Shown piece by piece: positions 1-10,039 of a stretch of DNA of 55,865 nucleotides. Every line of letters begins with the position of its first letter. The first letter of the stretch is position 1. Source of the DNA: a bacterium. Lineage in GTDB: Bacteria > Verrucomicrobiota > Verrucomicrobiia > Chthoniobacterales > JAFAMB01. Location of the stretch: assembly GCA_046727075.1 (NCBI GenBank), contig JBKPBY010000182.1:1-55865 (forward strand), read 5' to 3'. Made by a program: the position numbers and the translations under genes. The notes under the pieces are model-generated. The model was not told the origin of the DNA. It ran no database searches and saw nothing but the letters and a program-made list of their open reading frames with translations.

Positions 1-53
1 AGCTGTTCGACGATGATCTCCTTCACCTTTTCTTCGATAGATTTCTCTGACAT
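1..53 (-). CDS. acpP: Acyl carrier protein, 5' end only (runs off window)
   Basis: Reverse complement of 1-53 reads MSEKSIEEKVKEIIVEQ(L), the typical ACP N-terminus; not in the ORF track. Confidence 0.85.
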   Translation of the reverse strand, partial: MSEKSIEEKVKEIIVEQ

Positions 54-179
54 AAGATCGCGTTTCTCTCCGGTTATGGTTAAGACGTGGCTACGGATAG
101 TCACGAAGCCCGGTGATGGCAACTAAATTAATTAGGGCAAATAGCAACTCCTTTTTTAGGGAATTCAGGGGTCGGGCGT

Positions 180-262
180 CAGGAGACAGGAGATTGAGCC
201 ATTTTACCTCTTTTCTCCAGTCCCCTGTCTCTTGTCTCTTGTATTCTGTCTCCTGGATCCTG
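180..262. repeat. Heptamer (AGGAGAC/CTGTCTC) repeat with inverted arms
   Basis: CAGGAGACAG 180-189 and CTGTCTCCTG 246-255 are exact reverse complements; degenerate tgtctct tandem copies lie between. Confidence 0.7.
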
Positions 263-312
263 TTTTTTAATTGACCTCTCCTGCGAAAAGGTGAACCTAG
301 TGCACCATTTCG

Positions 313-1932
313 GTGAACATGACGGACCCTGATCCTTCGCTAGATCTTCGTATCACGCCCGATTGGTTAAAAGAATCGGAGCCTGCCAACCGCTATGCCG
401 ATTATGAGGGCGATGAAATGGAGCGCCGCTATGACCGTCCGAGGCGGGATCGGCGAGAGGAGCGGCGTCCCAGGCGTCCAGTAGACCGCGAAAGAAGCCA
501 TCCGAGAAAGCCGTCCGGGCAAGACCGGCCCAGGCAAATGGCTCCTCAGCGTACAAACCAGAGTCAACCCAGGACAGGTGACCGGCCGCCTCGGCCACAG
601 GGACGCTTTGTCAGACGAGACGAACCTCGTCCCGAGGTAGAGCCTGCGCCGGTACAGATCGATTTTCTGCCGGAGGAACGAGCATTTTCCAAGATTATCC
701 AGCAGATTAAGTCCGGTCATGTCGCATATCCGCTCTTCGGCCTGGCTCGGATGTTCCTGGAACGTCCGGAGCGTCATTGCATCCGGGTCCGGTCATTGGA
801 TAATCACACGATGTTCTACCAACTGGGCGATCGTGGAGCGGTAGCGATGGAAGCCAGTGCGTTGGAGCGAATCGCTTTCAACGAGACTAAAGATACTTAT
901 TACGAGATACAGATCGTCGAAAAGGAACCGATCAAAGGAAATTTCACTTCCGTCGCGCGCTGTACGCTGAGCGGTAAGCTGCTTGGGCCGACTAACTATC
1001 ACGCCTTTCAACCGCAGCTTCGTGCCCTGTATGAACAGCGGTTCAGCCGCAGAATGACTTTTGAGGAATATCGGCGAACGATCGAGATCGCAAGCGATCC
1101 ACAAGCTGTCGACCAATGGAAAGAAGAGGCTCGCAAGGTCGTGACATATCGAACTAAGAGCGAGCCCGAGCCGGTTGTCTTCGAAAATCTGTCGGCAGTT
1201 GAACAACATTTCCGCACCCATTATTTGGCAACCGTCGTGCGCCCCTGCCTGGCGGCGGAGCTGCCTGGTGACATGATCCGGCATTTGCCGGGCCGGAACA
1301 TTATTGCTGCGGTCCGGAAAGCAAGAGACCGAGAAAACAGGTTTCCAGCCCAAATAGCAGGTGCTCTCCGGCATGGCTTGAATCAAGCCGGTCTTCACGT
1401 TTTCCGGCACAAGAAACGTATTCTTTATATCTCGACTGCGCGCCCGCAGGTCTTCGATCCGAATCAGGCGTCTGTCTCACCGAGCTTGTCGGCGATTCTT
1501 TCAACCATCCGTTCATATCCGAGGATCGCGCGAAAGCAGCTGGCTGAAAAAGTGCTCAGCAAATTGATTGGCCAGAAACCAATTGATGAAGCGAGCGAAC
1601 AATATCAGCACGCAAGAACCAGCCTGGCGACCGACCTGATCTGGTTGGCCAAAGCCGGACACATTATCGAGTTTGCGGACGGGACCTTAGATCTTCCGCT
1701 GCCACCAAAACCGGTTGCCAAACCCGCCAACGAAACGGCGGAACAACCAGGAGCAGCCGCAAACGCAATTGCTGAAGTGCCTGAGCCGTCCGATGCCCCG
1801 ACGGAAGTTGCAGAGCGCGAGGATCCCGTCGCCGTAGAAATCGCTGAAACCTCTCCAGCGGCAGAACCGCAGCCGGTGACGACAGAACCAGTCGAAGCTC
1901 CGGTCGCTGAAACCGAGCTCGGGCCCGTATGA
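313..1932 (+). CDS. Hypothetical protein with R/P-rich disordered N-terminus and acidic E/P/A-rich tail
   Basis: 539 aa ORF, GTG start, globular-looking core; no motif recognised. Confidence 0.75.
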   Translation: MNMTDPDPSLDLRITPDWLKESEPANRYADYEGDEMERRYDRPRRDRREERRPRRPVDRERSHPRKPSGQDRPRQMAPQRTNQSQPRTGDRPPRPQGRFVRRDEPRPEVEPAPVQIDFLPEERAFSKIIQQIKSGHVAYPLFGLARMFLERPERHCIRVRSLDNHTMFYQLGDRGAVAMEASALERIAFNETKDTYYEIQIVEKEPIKGNFTSVARCTLSGKLLGPTNYHAFQPQLRALYEQRFSRRMTFEEYRRTIEIASDPQAVDQWKEEARKVVTYRTKSEPEPVVFENLSAVEQHFRTHYLATVVRPCLAAELPGDMIRHLPGRNIIAAVRKARDRENRFPAQIAGALRHGLNQAGLHVFRHKKRILYISTARPQVFDPNQASVSPSLSAILSTIRSYPRIARKQLAEKVLSKLIGQKPIDEASEQYQHARTSLATDLIWLAKAGHIIEFADGTLDLPLPPKPVAKPANETAEQPGAAANAIAEVPEPSDAPTEVAEREDPVAVEIAETSPAAEPQPVTTEPVEAPVAETELGPV

Positions 1933-1970
1933 CCCGGGATTCACGCAAAGGCGCGAGGTCCCTGCGCTTA

Positions 1971-2007
1971 ACGGTAGACGGTAGAAGGAAAACGGTAGAC
2001 GGTAGAC
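1971..2007 (+). repeat. ACGGTAG heptamer tandem repeat
   Basis: ACGGTAG x2, AAGGAAA, ACGGTAG x2, ending just before the ATG at 2015. Confidence 0.85.
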
Positions 2008-2014
2008 CTTACCT

Positions 2015-2818
2015 ATGCGCCTCATTCGCTATCTTGCCCAGGAGGGTGACGTACGTTACGCCGCCGAACATGCTGACGGCCGTTGTTTCGATATTCACGG
2101 AGACATCTTCGAACAATTTGAGGTTACCGACCGCGAAGCCTCAATGGTAAAGCTTTTGGCACCAATCGAACCTCGTGTGTTTCTTTGCATCGGCTTGAAC
2201 TACCGGCGCCATGCCGAGGAAACGGGCGCTAAGATCCCGGAACGGCCAGTGCTATTTATGAAAGGCGCCAACGCCGTTCAAAATCCCGGCGACCCGATCG
2301 TTTTGCCCACCCATTTGGCCAGCCACGAAGTGGATTACGAATGCGAACTTGCGGTTGTGATCGGCAAAAAATGCAAAAACGTCCACAAGAAAGAGGCCAT
2401 AGATTATGTATTGGGATACACCGCCGGGAACGATGTCAGCGCGCGTGATTGGCAAAAGAAGTTTGGTGGAGGCCAATGGTGCCGCGGGAAAGGTTTTGAT
2501 ACTTTCGCACCGGTCGGACCCGCGATCGTCACGACGGATGAAATTCCAAATCCTAATTCATTGGCGATCGCCACTCGAGTTAACGGCGAGACCCGACAAT
2601 CATCAAACACGTCCGACATGATCTTTGATGTTCCAACACTGATCGAATTCCTCAGCGGTAGCACGACTCTGTTGCCGGGAACCGTGATACTGACCGGTAC
2701 GCCACAAGGCGTTGGGATGGCCATGAAGCCGCCTCATTACCTGGCTCCCGGCGATATCGTGGAAATCGAGATCGAAAAAATCGGGGTATTAAGCAACCCG
2801 GTTGAAGCGGAGGAATGA
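2015..2818 (+). CDS. Fumarylacetoacetate hydrolase family protein
   Basis: CIGLNY..H, VDYECEL, NDVSARDWQ, GKGFDTF and ILTGTP motifs. Confidence 0.93.
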   Translation: MRLIRYLAQEGDVRYAAEHADGRCFDIHGDIFEQFEVTDREASMVKLLAPIEPRVFLCIGLNYRRHAEETGAKIPERPVLFMKGANAVQNPGDPIVLPTHLASHEVDYECELAVVIGKKCKNVHKKEAIDYVLGYTAGNDVSARDWQKKFGGGQWCRGKGFDTFAPVGPAIVTTDEIPNPNSLAIATRVNGETRQSSNTSDMIFDVPTLIEFLSGSTTLLPGTVILTGTPQGVGMAMKPPHYLAPGDIVEIEIEKIGVLSNPVEAEE

Positions 2819-2908
2819 GAGCGAGTGTGGGTGTGAGTGCGAGTTGAAAACAGGCCTCAGAACATGGCAGGCTGTAGGACAACTAACCCAGGGCTAAAGC
2901 CCTGGGCT
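2817..2908. repeat. GAGTGY hexamer run followed by a REP-like hairpin
   Basis: GAGAGC GAGTGT GGGTGT GAGTGC at 2817-2845; CCCAGGGCT-AA-AGCCCTGGG at 2887-2906. Confidence 0.7.
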
Positions 2909-2916
2909 GACATCTG

Positions 2917-5106
2917 ATGACGCTTCGCAACAACCAACAATCGTTCGAACTCAGTTCTCAGTTCAAGCCGCGCGGCGATCAGCAGCACGCCATCGACGAG
3001 CTCGTGAGGTCAATGCAAGCGGGGAACCGGCATCAGACGCTGCTCGGCGTTACAGGGTCGGGCAAAACGTTCACCGCGGCGAACGTTATCGCTGCCTTGA
3101 ACAAACCGACGCTTGTCATCTCGCACAACAAAACGTTGGCAGCCCAGCTTTACAGCGAGTTCCGCCAATTCTTCCCGAACAACGCAGTCGAATATTTCGT
3201 TAGTTATTTCGATTACTATCAACCGGAGGCGTATATCCCCCGGACTGATACGTACATCGAGAAAGATTCATCCATCAATGAAGAGATTGAACGACTTCGT
3301 CTCTCGACTACGACCTCTTTGCTTTCCCGGCCAGATGTCATCGTTGTAGCAAGCGTCTCTTGTATCTATGGGTTAGGGTCACCGGAAGATTACGAAAACA
3401 TGGTTGCCGTCGTCATTCGCGGGCAGCCACTTTCACGTGAGTTGTTCCTGGCGAAGCTTGTAGACATGCTCTACGAGCGGAATGACATCGCGTTCGAACG
3501 CGGAAGATTTCGGGTGCGTGGCGATGTAGTGGAGGTTTTCCCAGCGACATTCGATGAAGAAGCGATTCGAGTAGAATTTTTCGGTGACGAGGTAGAAGCG
3601 ATCACACGATTTGACCCGCTAACCGGTCACGGGAACGAAAGTCTGGATCGGTTTCCTTTTTATCCAGCGAAACAGTTCGTGACTCCCTATGACAAGATGC
3701 AGCGGGCGCTACGTACAATTCGCGAAGAGCTTGATGAACGAATCAAGTGGTTCGAGGCGAACGGTAAACTTCTGGAAGCGCAACGAATCAAGATGCGCAC
3801 CGAATTCGATCTCGAGATGATGCAGGAAATGGGCTTCTGCAGCGGAATCGAGAACTATTCAAGGCATCTGAGCGGGCGCGCACCGGGATCGCGCCCTTAC
3901 ACTCTACTGGATTTCTTCCCAAAAGATTTTTTGCTGGTGGTAGATGAATCGCATGCGACGATTCCGCAGATCGGGGGGATGTACGAAGGCGATCGTTCTC
4001 GAAAAACTGTGCTGGTAGAATACGGATTCCGGCTTCCAAGCGCGCTGGACAACCGTCCTTTGAACTTTCCTGAGTTCATGGAGATGACCAACCAGACGTT
4101 ATACATCAGCGCCACTCCGGCCGAGTTCGAGATCAAGAATAGTGTAGTGGGCAACGCAGGCTACATCCCTCATACTCGCTCACGGATTGGTCAGGAAGAA
4201 ACCGAACCGGTCCTAGTCCCGATGTTGACAGGAAAAGGCTCGGACACTCTTGATGTACACACATCAGGTGCTCGATTGATCATCCAACAAATTATCCGAC
4301 CAACTGGTCTTCTTGATCCGAAGATCACGCTCTATCCGCTTAAAACGCAAATCGATCAGACGATCGAGCTCTGCCGGCAACGCGCGGAACAGGGAGAACG
4401 GGTACTGATTACCACCCTGACGAAGCGCACCGCGGAAGACTTAGCCGATTATCTTCGCGATATCGGATTGAAAGTTCGTTATCTGCACAGCGAGATTGAC
4501 GCCATTGAGCGAGTCGAGATCCTCCGCGCACTGAGAGCGGGCGAGTTCGACATTCTGGTCGGCATCAATCTGTTGCGCGAAGGCCTTGATCTCCCGGAAG
4601 TCAGTTTGGTTTGTATCCTGGATGCCGACAAAGAAGGCTTTCTGAGAAGTCAGACATCGCTCATCCAGACTGCGGGGCGGGCCGCCAGGCACATCAACGG
4701 AGAAGTGGCGCTGTTTGCTGATACCATGACCGATAGCATTCAGAAGCTCATGGCAATCACCGAGTACCGGCGGGCCAAACAGATTGAGTATAACGAGCAG
4801 AACGGGATCACCCCGGCGAGCGTAAAGCGAGCAGTTCAAGAGAGCTTACACATGCTGTTGAGAGGCCGCCAGATCGAAGAATCGGTAGTGCGCGAGAGTG
4901 GGCGCGACTTTAATATCACCGAAGTCTTGCGCGAGTTGGAAGAAGAGATGCAGATGGCCGCCGCCAACCTGGAGTACGAGCGCGCAGCCCTTTTGCGCGA
5001 CCAGATCATGGAGCTAAAGAATGGGACCGGCGAAGCCAAGATCGCGCCGAAACGAAGACCGGTCAGCTATGGTGGACCGAAGAAGCCAGTGCGTAAACGG
5101 CGCTGA
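2917..5106 (+). CDS. uvrB: Excinuclease ABC subunit B
   Basis: GVTGSGKT Walker A, YFDYYQPEAY beta-hairpin, DESH, GINLLREGLDLPEV and C-terminal UVR coil. Confidence 0.98.
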   Translation: MTLRNNQQSFELSSQFKPRGDQQHAIDELVRSMQAGNRHQTLLGVTGSGKTFTAANVIAALNKPTLVISHNKTLAAQLYSEFRQFFPNNAVEYFVSYFDYYQPEAYIPRTDTYIEKDSSINEEIERLRLSTTTSLLSRPDVIVVASVSCIYGLGSPEDYENMVAVVIRGQPLSRELFLAKLVDMLYERNDIAFERGRFRVRGDVVEVFPATFDEEAIRVEFFGDEVEAITRFDPLTGHGNESLDRFPFYPAKQFVTPYDKMQRALRTIREELDERIKWFEANGKLLEAQRIKMRTEFDLEMMQEMGFCSGIENYSRHLSGRAPGSRPYTLLDFFPKDFLLVVDESHATIPQIGGMYEGDRSRKTVLVEYGFRLPSALDNRPLNFPEFMEMTNQTLYISATPAEFEIKNSVVGNAGYIPHTRSRIGQEETEPVLVPMLTGKGSDTLDVHTSGARLIIQQIIRPTGLLDPKITLYPLKTQIDQTIELCRQRAEQGERVLITTLTKRTAEDLADYLRDIGLKVRYLHSEIDAIERVEILRALRAGEFDILVGINLLREGLDLPEVSLVCILDADKEGFLRSQTSLIQTAGRAARHINGEVALFADTMTDSIQKLMAITEYRRAKQIEYNEQNGITPASVKRAVQESLHMLLRGRQIEESVVRESGRDFNITEVLRELEEEMQMAAANLEYERAALLRDQIMELKNGTGEAKIAPKRRPVSYGGPKKPVRKRR

Positions 5107-5188
5107 GGGTTTTCCGTTTTGAGTTGTCGGTTGATAGGACGGATGCGCTGCCGGCGATGTCGGCGCTGTTGGCAATTGACGGCGTTCC
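5107..5188. repeat. Composite heptamer + 9-mer intergenic repeat module
   Basis: Degenerate GGTTTTC heptamers then CGGCGATGT-type 9-mers ending TTGACGGCGTTCC at the permease stop. Confidence 0.7.
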
Positions 5189-7620
5189 TACTCCTCCCTA
5201 AGCGTGTGAATCGGATCGATTCGGATTGCTCGCCGTGCGGGAAGCCAGCTGGCAAGTAGAGCGGTACAGCCGAGGACTCCGATTACTCCAATAAACGTCC
5301 AAGGGTCTGTTGCACCGATACCGTGGAGGAAGCTGGTCAGCAAGCGCCCGAGAATAAAAGCTAACACAATTCCAAATGCGAGACCGATGCCAACCAGCGC
5401 CATTCCTTTGCCGACTACCAACCGGAGTACGTTGGTTCTGGACGCGCCAAGCGCCAAGCGAATCCCGATCTCGCGTGTGCGTTGAACAACAGAATAACCA
5501 AGCACACCGTACAGCCCTATCGCCGCCAGAATCAAGGCAAGGCCGGAAAACAGTCCGACCAGCGTCATCGCAAGATGTTGAGTTTTCAGGCTGTTCGCTA
5601 ACCGCTGATCCATTGTCTGGACATTGAATATCGGAATATCCGGATCAACCGCCTGAACGGCCCGCTGAATGTCAGTAACGTGCGATAACGGGTCGTTGCC
5701 GGCACGAACGATGATAGTCGATATCTGCTCCGGACTCTGCAACACCGGCATGTAGTATTGAACATAGGAAGGTTCAGCGCCGAGGGTGTCATGGATCACT
5801 GTTCGAACCACTCCGACGATCGTGTATTGAGTTCGCTGGCCGGTGCGTGCGTTATCATTAAGCTGTTTGCCGATTGGGTCTTCGCCGGGGAAAAACCGGT
5901 TTGCGAATCGTTCGTCAATAATCACGACTGCCGGTTTATCGAGTGTGTCCTCAGCGTTGAAAGTACGTCCGCGGACTAACTCATTTCCCATAGCGCGAAA
6001 ATAATCCGGCGAAACCGTCGAATACTGTGCGGATGGCGCTTCCCCTGGTCTGGGATCCGGACGACCCGTAATCGCAAAATCGTTCGTCCAAGTGTCGCCT
6101 CCGAAAGGGAGATTGAGGCCGAATGCGACCGAGCGAATGCCAGGCAAGGCCTGGAGTTTCTGTTGGAGCTGTTGATAGAACAGCGCCATTTCTGTCTTTT
6201 TGGGAGGCTGGCCCGGTTCGTTTCGATATTTTACGCCGGCCAATTTGATATCGACGGTCGCCAGGTTGTGAGGATCGAAGCCGAGTGGAATCATTTGAAG
6301 CGCTCGAAAGCTTTGGACCAGCAGGCTAGCGCCGACCAAAAGCGCGCATGCCAGTGCCACTTGCCCAATCACGAGCGAGCTCTGACTTCGCTGATGTTGT
6401 CTTCCAGTTGTGCCTGATTTACCTCCCGCATTCTTCAGAGCATCGCCAGCATTCGACATGTTCCAGGCGGGAATCAAGCCGAAGAAAATGCCGGCAAGGA
6501 GACTGATCGTCCCGGTGGACAGAATCACTGACCCGCTCAAATGAAGTTCTTGAAATCGGATTGTACCTTGAGGCGCGATTGTTTTGATCAAATCCATGCT
6601 CCAGAAGGCAAGAAGAAGTCCAAGCAGCCCGCCGCACAGTGCCAGGCCGACGCTTTCGATCAAAAGCAAGCCGATCAATTGCGGTCTGGTCGCCCCTAGT
6701 GCCGCGCGCACTGCTATTTCTTTGCGCCTCAACATCGACCGACTGAGCATCAGGTTCGCTACATTGGCGCAAGCAATGAAAAGCACCGCCAAGACTACCG
6801 CTGCCAGCAGGAAGAGCGTAGGCCGATACATTCCGACAACCCGCTCGATCATCGGAACCACTTTCAGGCTGAAGCCGGTGTCGGTGTCTGGATACTGTGA
6901 TTCCAGATTTCGGCAAATCACATCGAAATCTGCTGTCGCTTGCGCCGTCGAAACTCCGGGACGCAGACGTCCGATTGCTCGGATCCCAGGATGGCTGCCT
7001 CTTTCAGATAGCGGGGGCCGGTCCGACATCGGCCCGAAAGTGACATACAGGTCGGTGTTCTCCGGCGTTACGTTCCGGGCCGAAGCCACACCGATAACTT
7101 CATAGCTGATGTCGTTAAAGACCAGTTTTCGGCCAATGATGTTGGGATCAGCGCCAAACCGTTTCTTCCAGAGTTTGTTACCCAGAATAACGACTGGCTC
7201 CGAATCTTTTCGATCGTCTGCTTCCGAAAAGACTCGACCGAGTTCGGGACGAAGACCCAGCACAGAAAAGTAACTCGCGGTAACATACGCGCCTCTGAAG
7301 CGTTCCGGTTCTTTGTCGCCTGTCAGGTTAAAATGATCCGTGCGATAGGCAGCGATATCGATCAATGACCGCTGATTCGCCCGCCAATCTAGGTAGTCCG
7401 GGTACGCCACAGCCATTTCTGGATATTGTGCGGACGTTTGCTGCAGCTCCACCAGCCGACTGGAATCCGGATACGGCAGCGGTTGCAGGAGTACCGCATC
7501 GATCACACTGAAGATCGCCGTGTTCGCACCGATCCCAAGCGCCAGTGTCACAATCGATGTGACCGTAAATGCCGGGCTCTTGCTGAGAGCACGAAAAATG
7601 AAACGAATATTCGAAAGCAT
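5188..7620 (-). CDS. ABC transporter permease, duplicated MacB/FtsX (ADOP-like), copy 1
   Basis: 810 aa; TLALGIGANTAIFS, ACANVANL, EIAVRAALGA, REIGIRLALGA and C-terminal PARRA..IDP..LREE. Confidence 0.93.
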   Translation of the reverse strand: MLSNIRFIFRALSKSPAFTVTSIVTLALGIGANTAIFSVIDAVLLQPLPYPDSSRLVELQQTSAQYPEMAVAYPDYLDWRANQRSLIDIAAYRTDHFNLTGDKEPERFRGAYVTASYFSVLGLRPELGRVFSEADDRKDSEPVVILGNKLWKKRFGADPNIIGRKLVFNDISYEVIGVASARNVTPENTDLYVTFGPMSDRPPLSERGSHPGIRAIGRLRPGVSTAQATADFDVICRNLESQYPDTDTGFSLKVVPMIERVVGMYRPTLFLLAAVVLAVLFIACANVANLMLSRSMLRRKEIAVRAALGATRPQLIGLLLIESVGLALCGGLLGLLLAFWSMDLIKTIAPQGTIRFQELHLSGSVILSTGTISLLAGIFFGLIPAWNMSNAGDALKNAGGKSGTTGRQHQRSQSSLVIGQVALACALLVGASLLVQSFRALQMIPLGFDPHNLATVDIKLAGVKYRNEPGQPPKKTEMALFYQQLQQKLQALPGIRSVAFGLNLPFGGDTWTNDFAITGRPDPRPGEAPSAQYSTVSPDYFRAMGNELVRGRTFNAEDTLDKPAVVIIDERFANRFFPGEDPIGKQLNDNARTGQRTQYTIVGVVRTVIHDTLGAEPSYVQYYMPVLQSPEQISTIIVRAGNDPLSHVTDIQRAVQAVDPDIPIFNVQTMDQRLANSLKTQHLAMTLVGLFSGLALILAAIGLYGVLGYSVVQRTREIGIRLALGASRTNVLRLVVGKGMALVGIGLAFGIVLAFILGRLLTSFLHGIGATDPWTFIGVIGVLGCTALLASWLPARRAIRIDPIHTLREE

Positions 7621-7759
7621 GGAAGGAGTGTTGGTGCTAGTTAGTTTTCAGTTTTCGGTTTTCAGTTTTCCGTCTTCGTCTGGCGAAGGTCTGACTAGGG
7701 CGGACAGCTCAGTTTTCAGTTGCCGGCGGTGTCGACGATGTTGGCATTGACGGCGTTCC
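7621..7759. repeat. Composite intergenic module (hexamer, heptamer, REP-like, heptamer, 9-mer)
   Basis: gagtgttggtgctagt / gttttca gttttcg gttttca / ccgtcttcgtctggcgaagg..gcggacagctcag / cggcggtgtcgacgatgttggcattgacggcgttcc. Confidence 0.8.
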
Positions 7760-9834
7760 TATTCCTCTCTCAGCGCTTTGATCGGGTTAATTTTCATGGC
7801 GCGGCGTGCGGGGAAATAGTTGGCTAAAAGCGCAACGATAGTGACGACGATTGCTACGCCGGCCAATGTTGCAGGATCGGTGAAACTAACTCCGTAGAGG
7901 AACGCGCCTAACAATCTTCCTATCCCTAGAGATAGCAGCAATCCGATTACGATTCCGATCGCAACGATCTTCATGCCGCTGCCGATCACCAAACGAAGGA
8001 TATCTCTTGATCCAGCGCCGAGCGCGATGCGAACCCCATACTCGTGGGTGCGCTGGGCGACGCTATAGGAAATGACTCCATATAACCCGAATGAGGCGAG
8101 CAAAAGAGCGGCAGCGGCGAAGCTGGCGACCAAACCCATCACGAATCGCCGGTTTGAAAGGGTGTCGCCCACCAGGTTGTCAATTGTCTTGATATCTTGC
8201 ACCGGCATCTTCGGGTCTGTCTTACGAATTGCGTTCCGCAGACCGACGATCAGGCTGTTCCCATCGAGATCGCCGGCCCCGCGGACAATCACCCCGAACG
8301 CCGAATCCATCATGTCACCTGCGCCTAACCGCACCTTAAGCTTAACGGGATCAAGTTAATTAAACCGGCCGATTGGATTCCTGGTTCCTGTTGAAGATTT
8401 TCCCGAAGCCGTTTGGCAAACTGGGCGAAATCATCGTCTCCTGGATAGGTTGTGTTCGGCAAAGTCAGCCGGGCGGTAAGTATCTTGTCCGGCGCGGACA
8501 TCCCTGTATTGGTGCGCTCAAGCACCAGAAAAGAGTGGAGAAGCAGACCAGTACCACAAAGCATGACAACCGATCCGACGACTTCAAGGAGCACCAACCC
8601 GTCCTGGAGCACCCTATGTGAGACGCTTGACCCGGCGCGGTTTATCTCCCGCAATGGCGTTTGCAGGTCTGCGCTGGCGTGACTGACCAGTCTTCGTGCT
8701 GGTAAAAGACCAGAGAGGAGCCCGCTCAGCAGCGCAAGCGCCAGCGTGAAAACGAACACCGTACCATTCAGCGAAACCGGTGACGCTTTCGGTATGTAGC
8801 TCGCGCCAATCTTCAGAAACAGGTCCAGCAAAAACATCGCTACCAGGCATCCGACAAATCCTGCAATTAGGCCGATAAGGGTCGTTTCCAGAATAAACTG
8901 GCCGATTAAATGCCAGCGCCCTGCTCCCAAAGCCGTGCGAATCGCGACCTCCCGCAGACGCGACGAACTGCGGCTAAGGATCAAGTTGGCCAGATTGATG
9001 CAAACGATCAGGGTCAGGCAGCCGACGATGCCAAACAGGAAAACCAGCTGGCTTCTCCGATATCCAGTTAGTGCCTCGGTCAGCGGAACAAGGTGCGTAC
9101 CGAACGGATTGTTGTACTCTTTGGCCATTGCCTGGGAGATCGCTGTCATTTCCGCCTGAGCGTTTGCCAAAGCCACTCCTGGCTTCAACCGTGCGATCGC
9201 CGTCCATCCGCGAATGCTTCGCGATTGCAGATCCGCCTTAGTGAACACGACCGGAATCCAGCAATCGACCGCCAAACTACCTGGCATGAATTGCCCGGAC
9301 GTCACCCCGACCACTTCATAGCGAAGTCCGTCCAGCATGATTTTTCTGCCGAGGAGTTGATGATCTCTCGAAAATTGTCTGGTCCAGAAGTCCTCGCTGA
9401 GTATGACAGCCGCTTCTGCGGCCGCACCGTTGTCGGAACGAAATGTTCGCCCCAGCACCGGCCTGGCGCCGATTACATCGAAGAAATTCGGCAACACAGT
9501 TTCAGCATTTATTTCCCTTGGCTCATCCCCGGATTGAAACGCGAATCCCATGTCCCAGCCCGCGGTTATGCTTTCGAAACACTGATTCCGCCTTTGCCAG
9601 TCGAGGAAATCCGCCGCTGAGGTCGGCACGACCTCGCGCCTATCCATGATCGTATCGATCTTCACCAGACGGTCCGGATCCTGGAATGGCAGCGGACGCA
9701 TCAAGACTGAGTCGACGATAGCAAACATCGCAGTGCTTGCGCCGATCCCAAGAGCTAGTGTCAGGAACCGCCACAAGCGTGAAGCCGGGAGATTTCCAGA
9801 GGAGGCGGATGGCGTAGCGAAGCGATGAAAACAT
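7759..9834 (-). pseudogene. ADOP-like permease copy 2, disrupted (frameshift near 9770 and deletion/frameshift near 8335)
   Basis: Three ORFs (9640-9834, 8325-9776, 7759-8334) give consecutive parts of one permease; about 110 aa of the second periplasmic domain are missing relative to the paralogs. Confidence 0.85.
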
Positions 9835-9852
9835 GGGATGAGTGTTGGCAGG

Positions 9853-9900
9853 GCTGAGCTTCCGACGTCGCCAAGGCTTTGTCGGACACGTCAGCTCAGC
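9853..9900. repeat. REP-like palindrome, TCCGACGTCGCCAAGGCT family
   Basis: GCTGAGCT-TCCGAC-gtcgccaaggcttt-GTCGGA-cacgtc-AGCTCAGC; further copies at 16526, 25957, 32694 and 49411. Confidence 0.8.
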
Positions 9901-9924
9901 CTCGTGCGTGTGGCAGGGCCTATA

Positions 9925-10038
9925 GGTTTTCGGTTTTCAGTTTTCGGTTGGTGGGACGTATAGGACGTATACGACCGATGCGACGTATAGGACCTATCGG
10001 TGTCGGCGTAGACGGCGATTTTGGCATTGTCGGCGTTG
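9925..10038. repeat. Heptamer + TATAGGACG 9-mer + CGGCG 9-mer composite module
   Basis: ggttttc/agttttc run, then gggacgtat aggacgtat.. aggacctat, then tgtcggcgta gacggcgat tttggcatt gtcggcgtt. Confidence 0.8.
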
Positions 10039-10039
10039 A

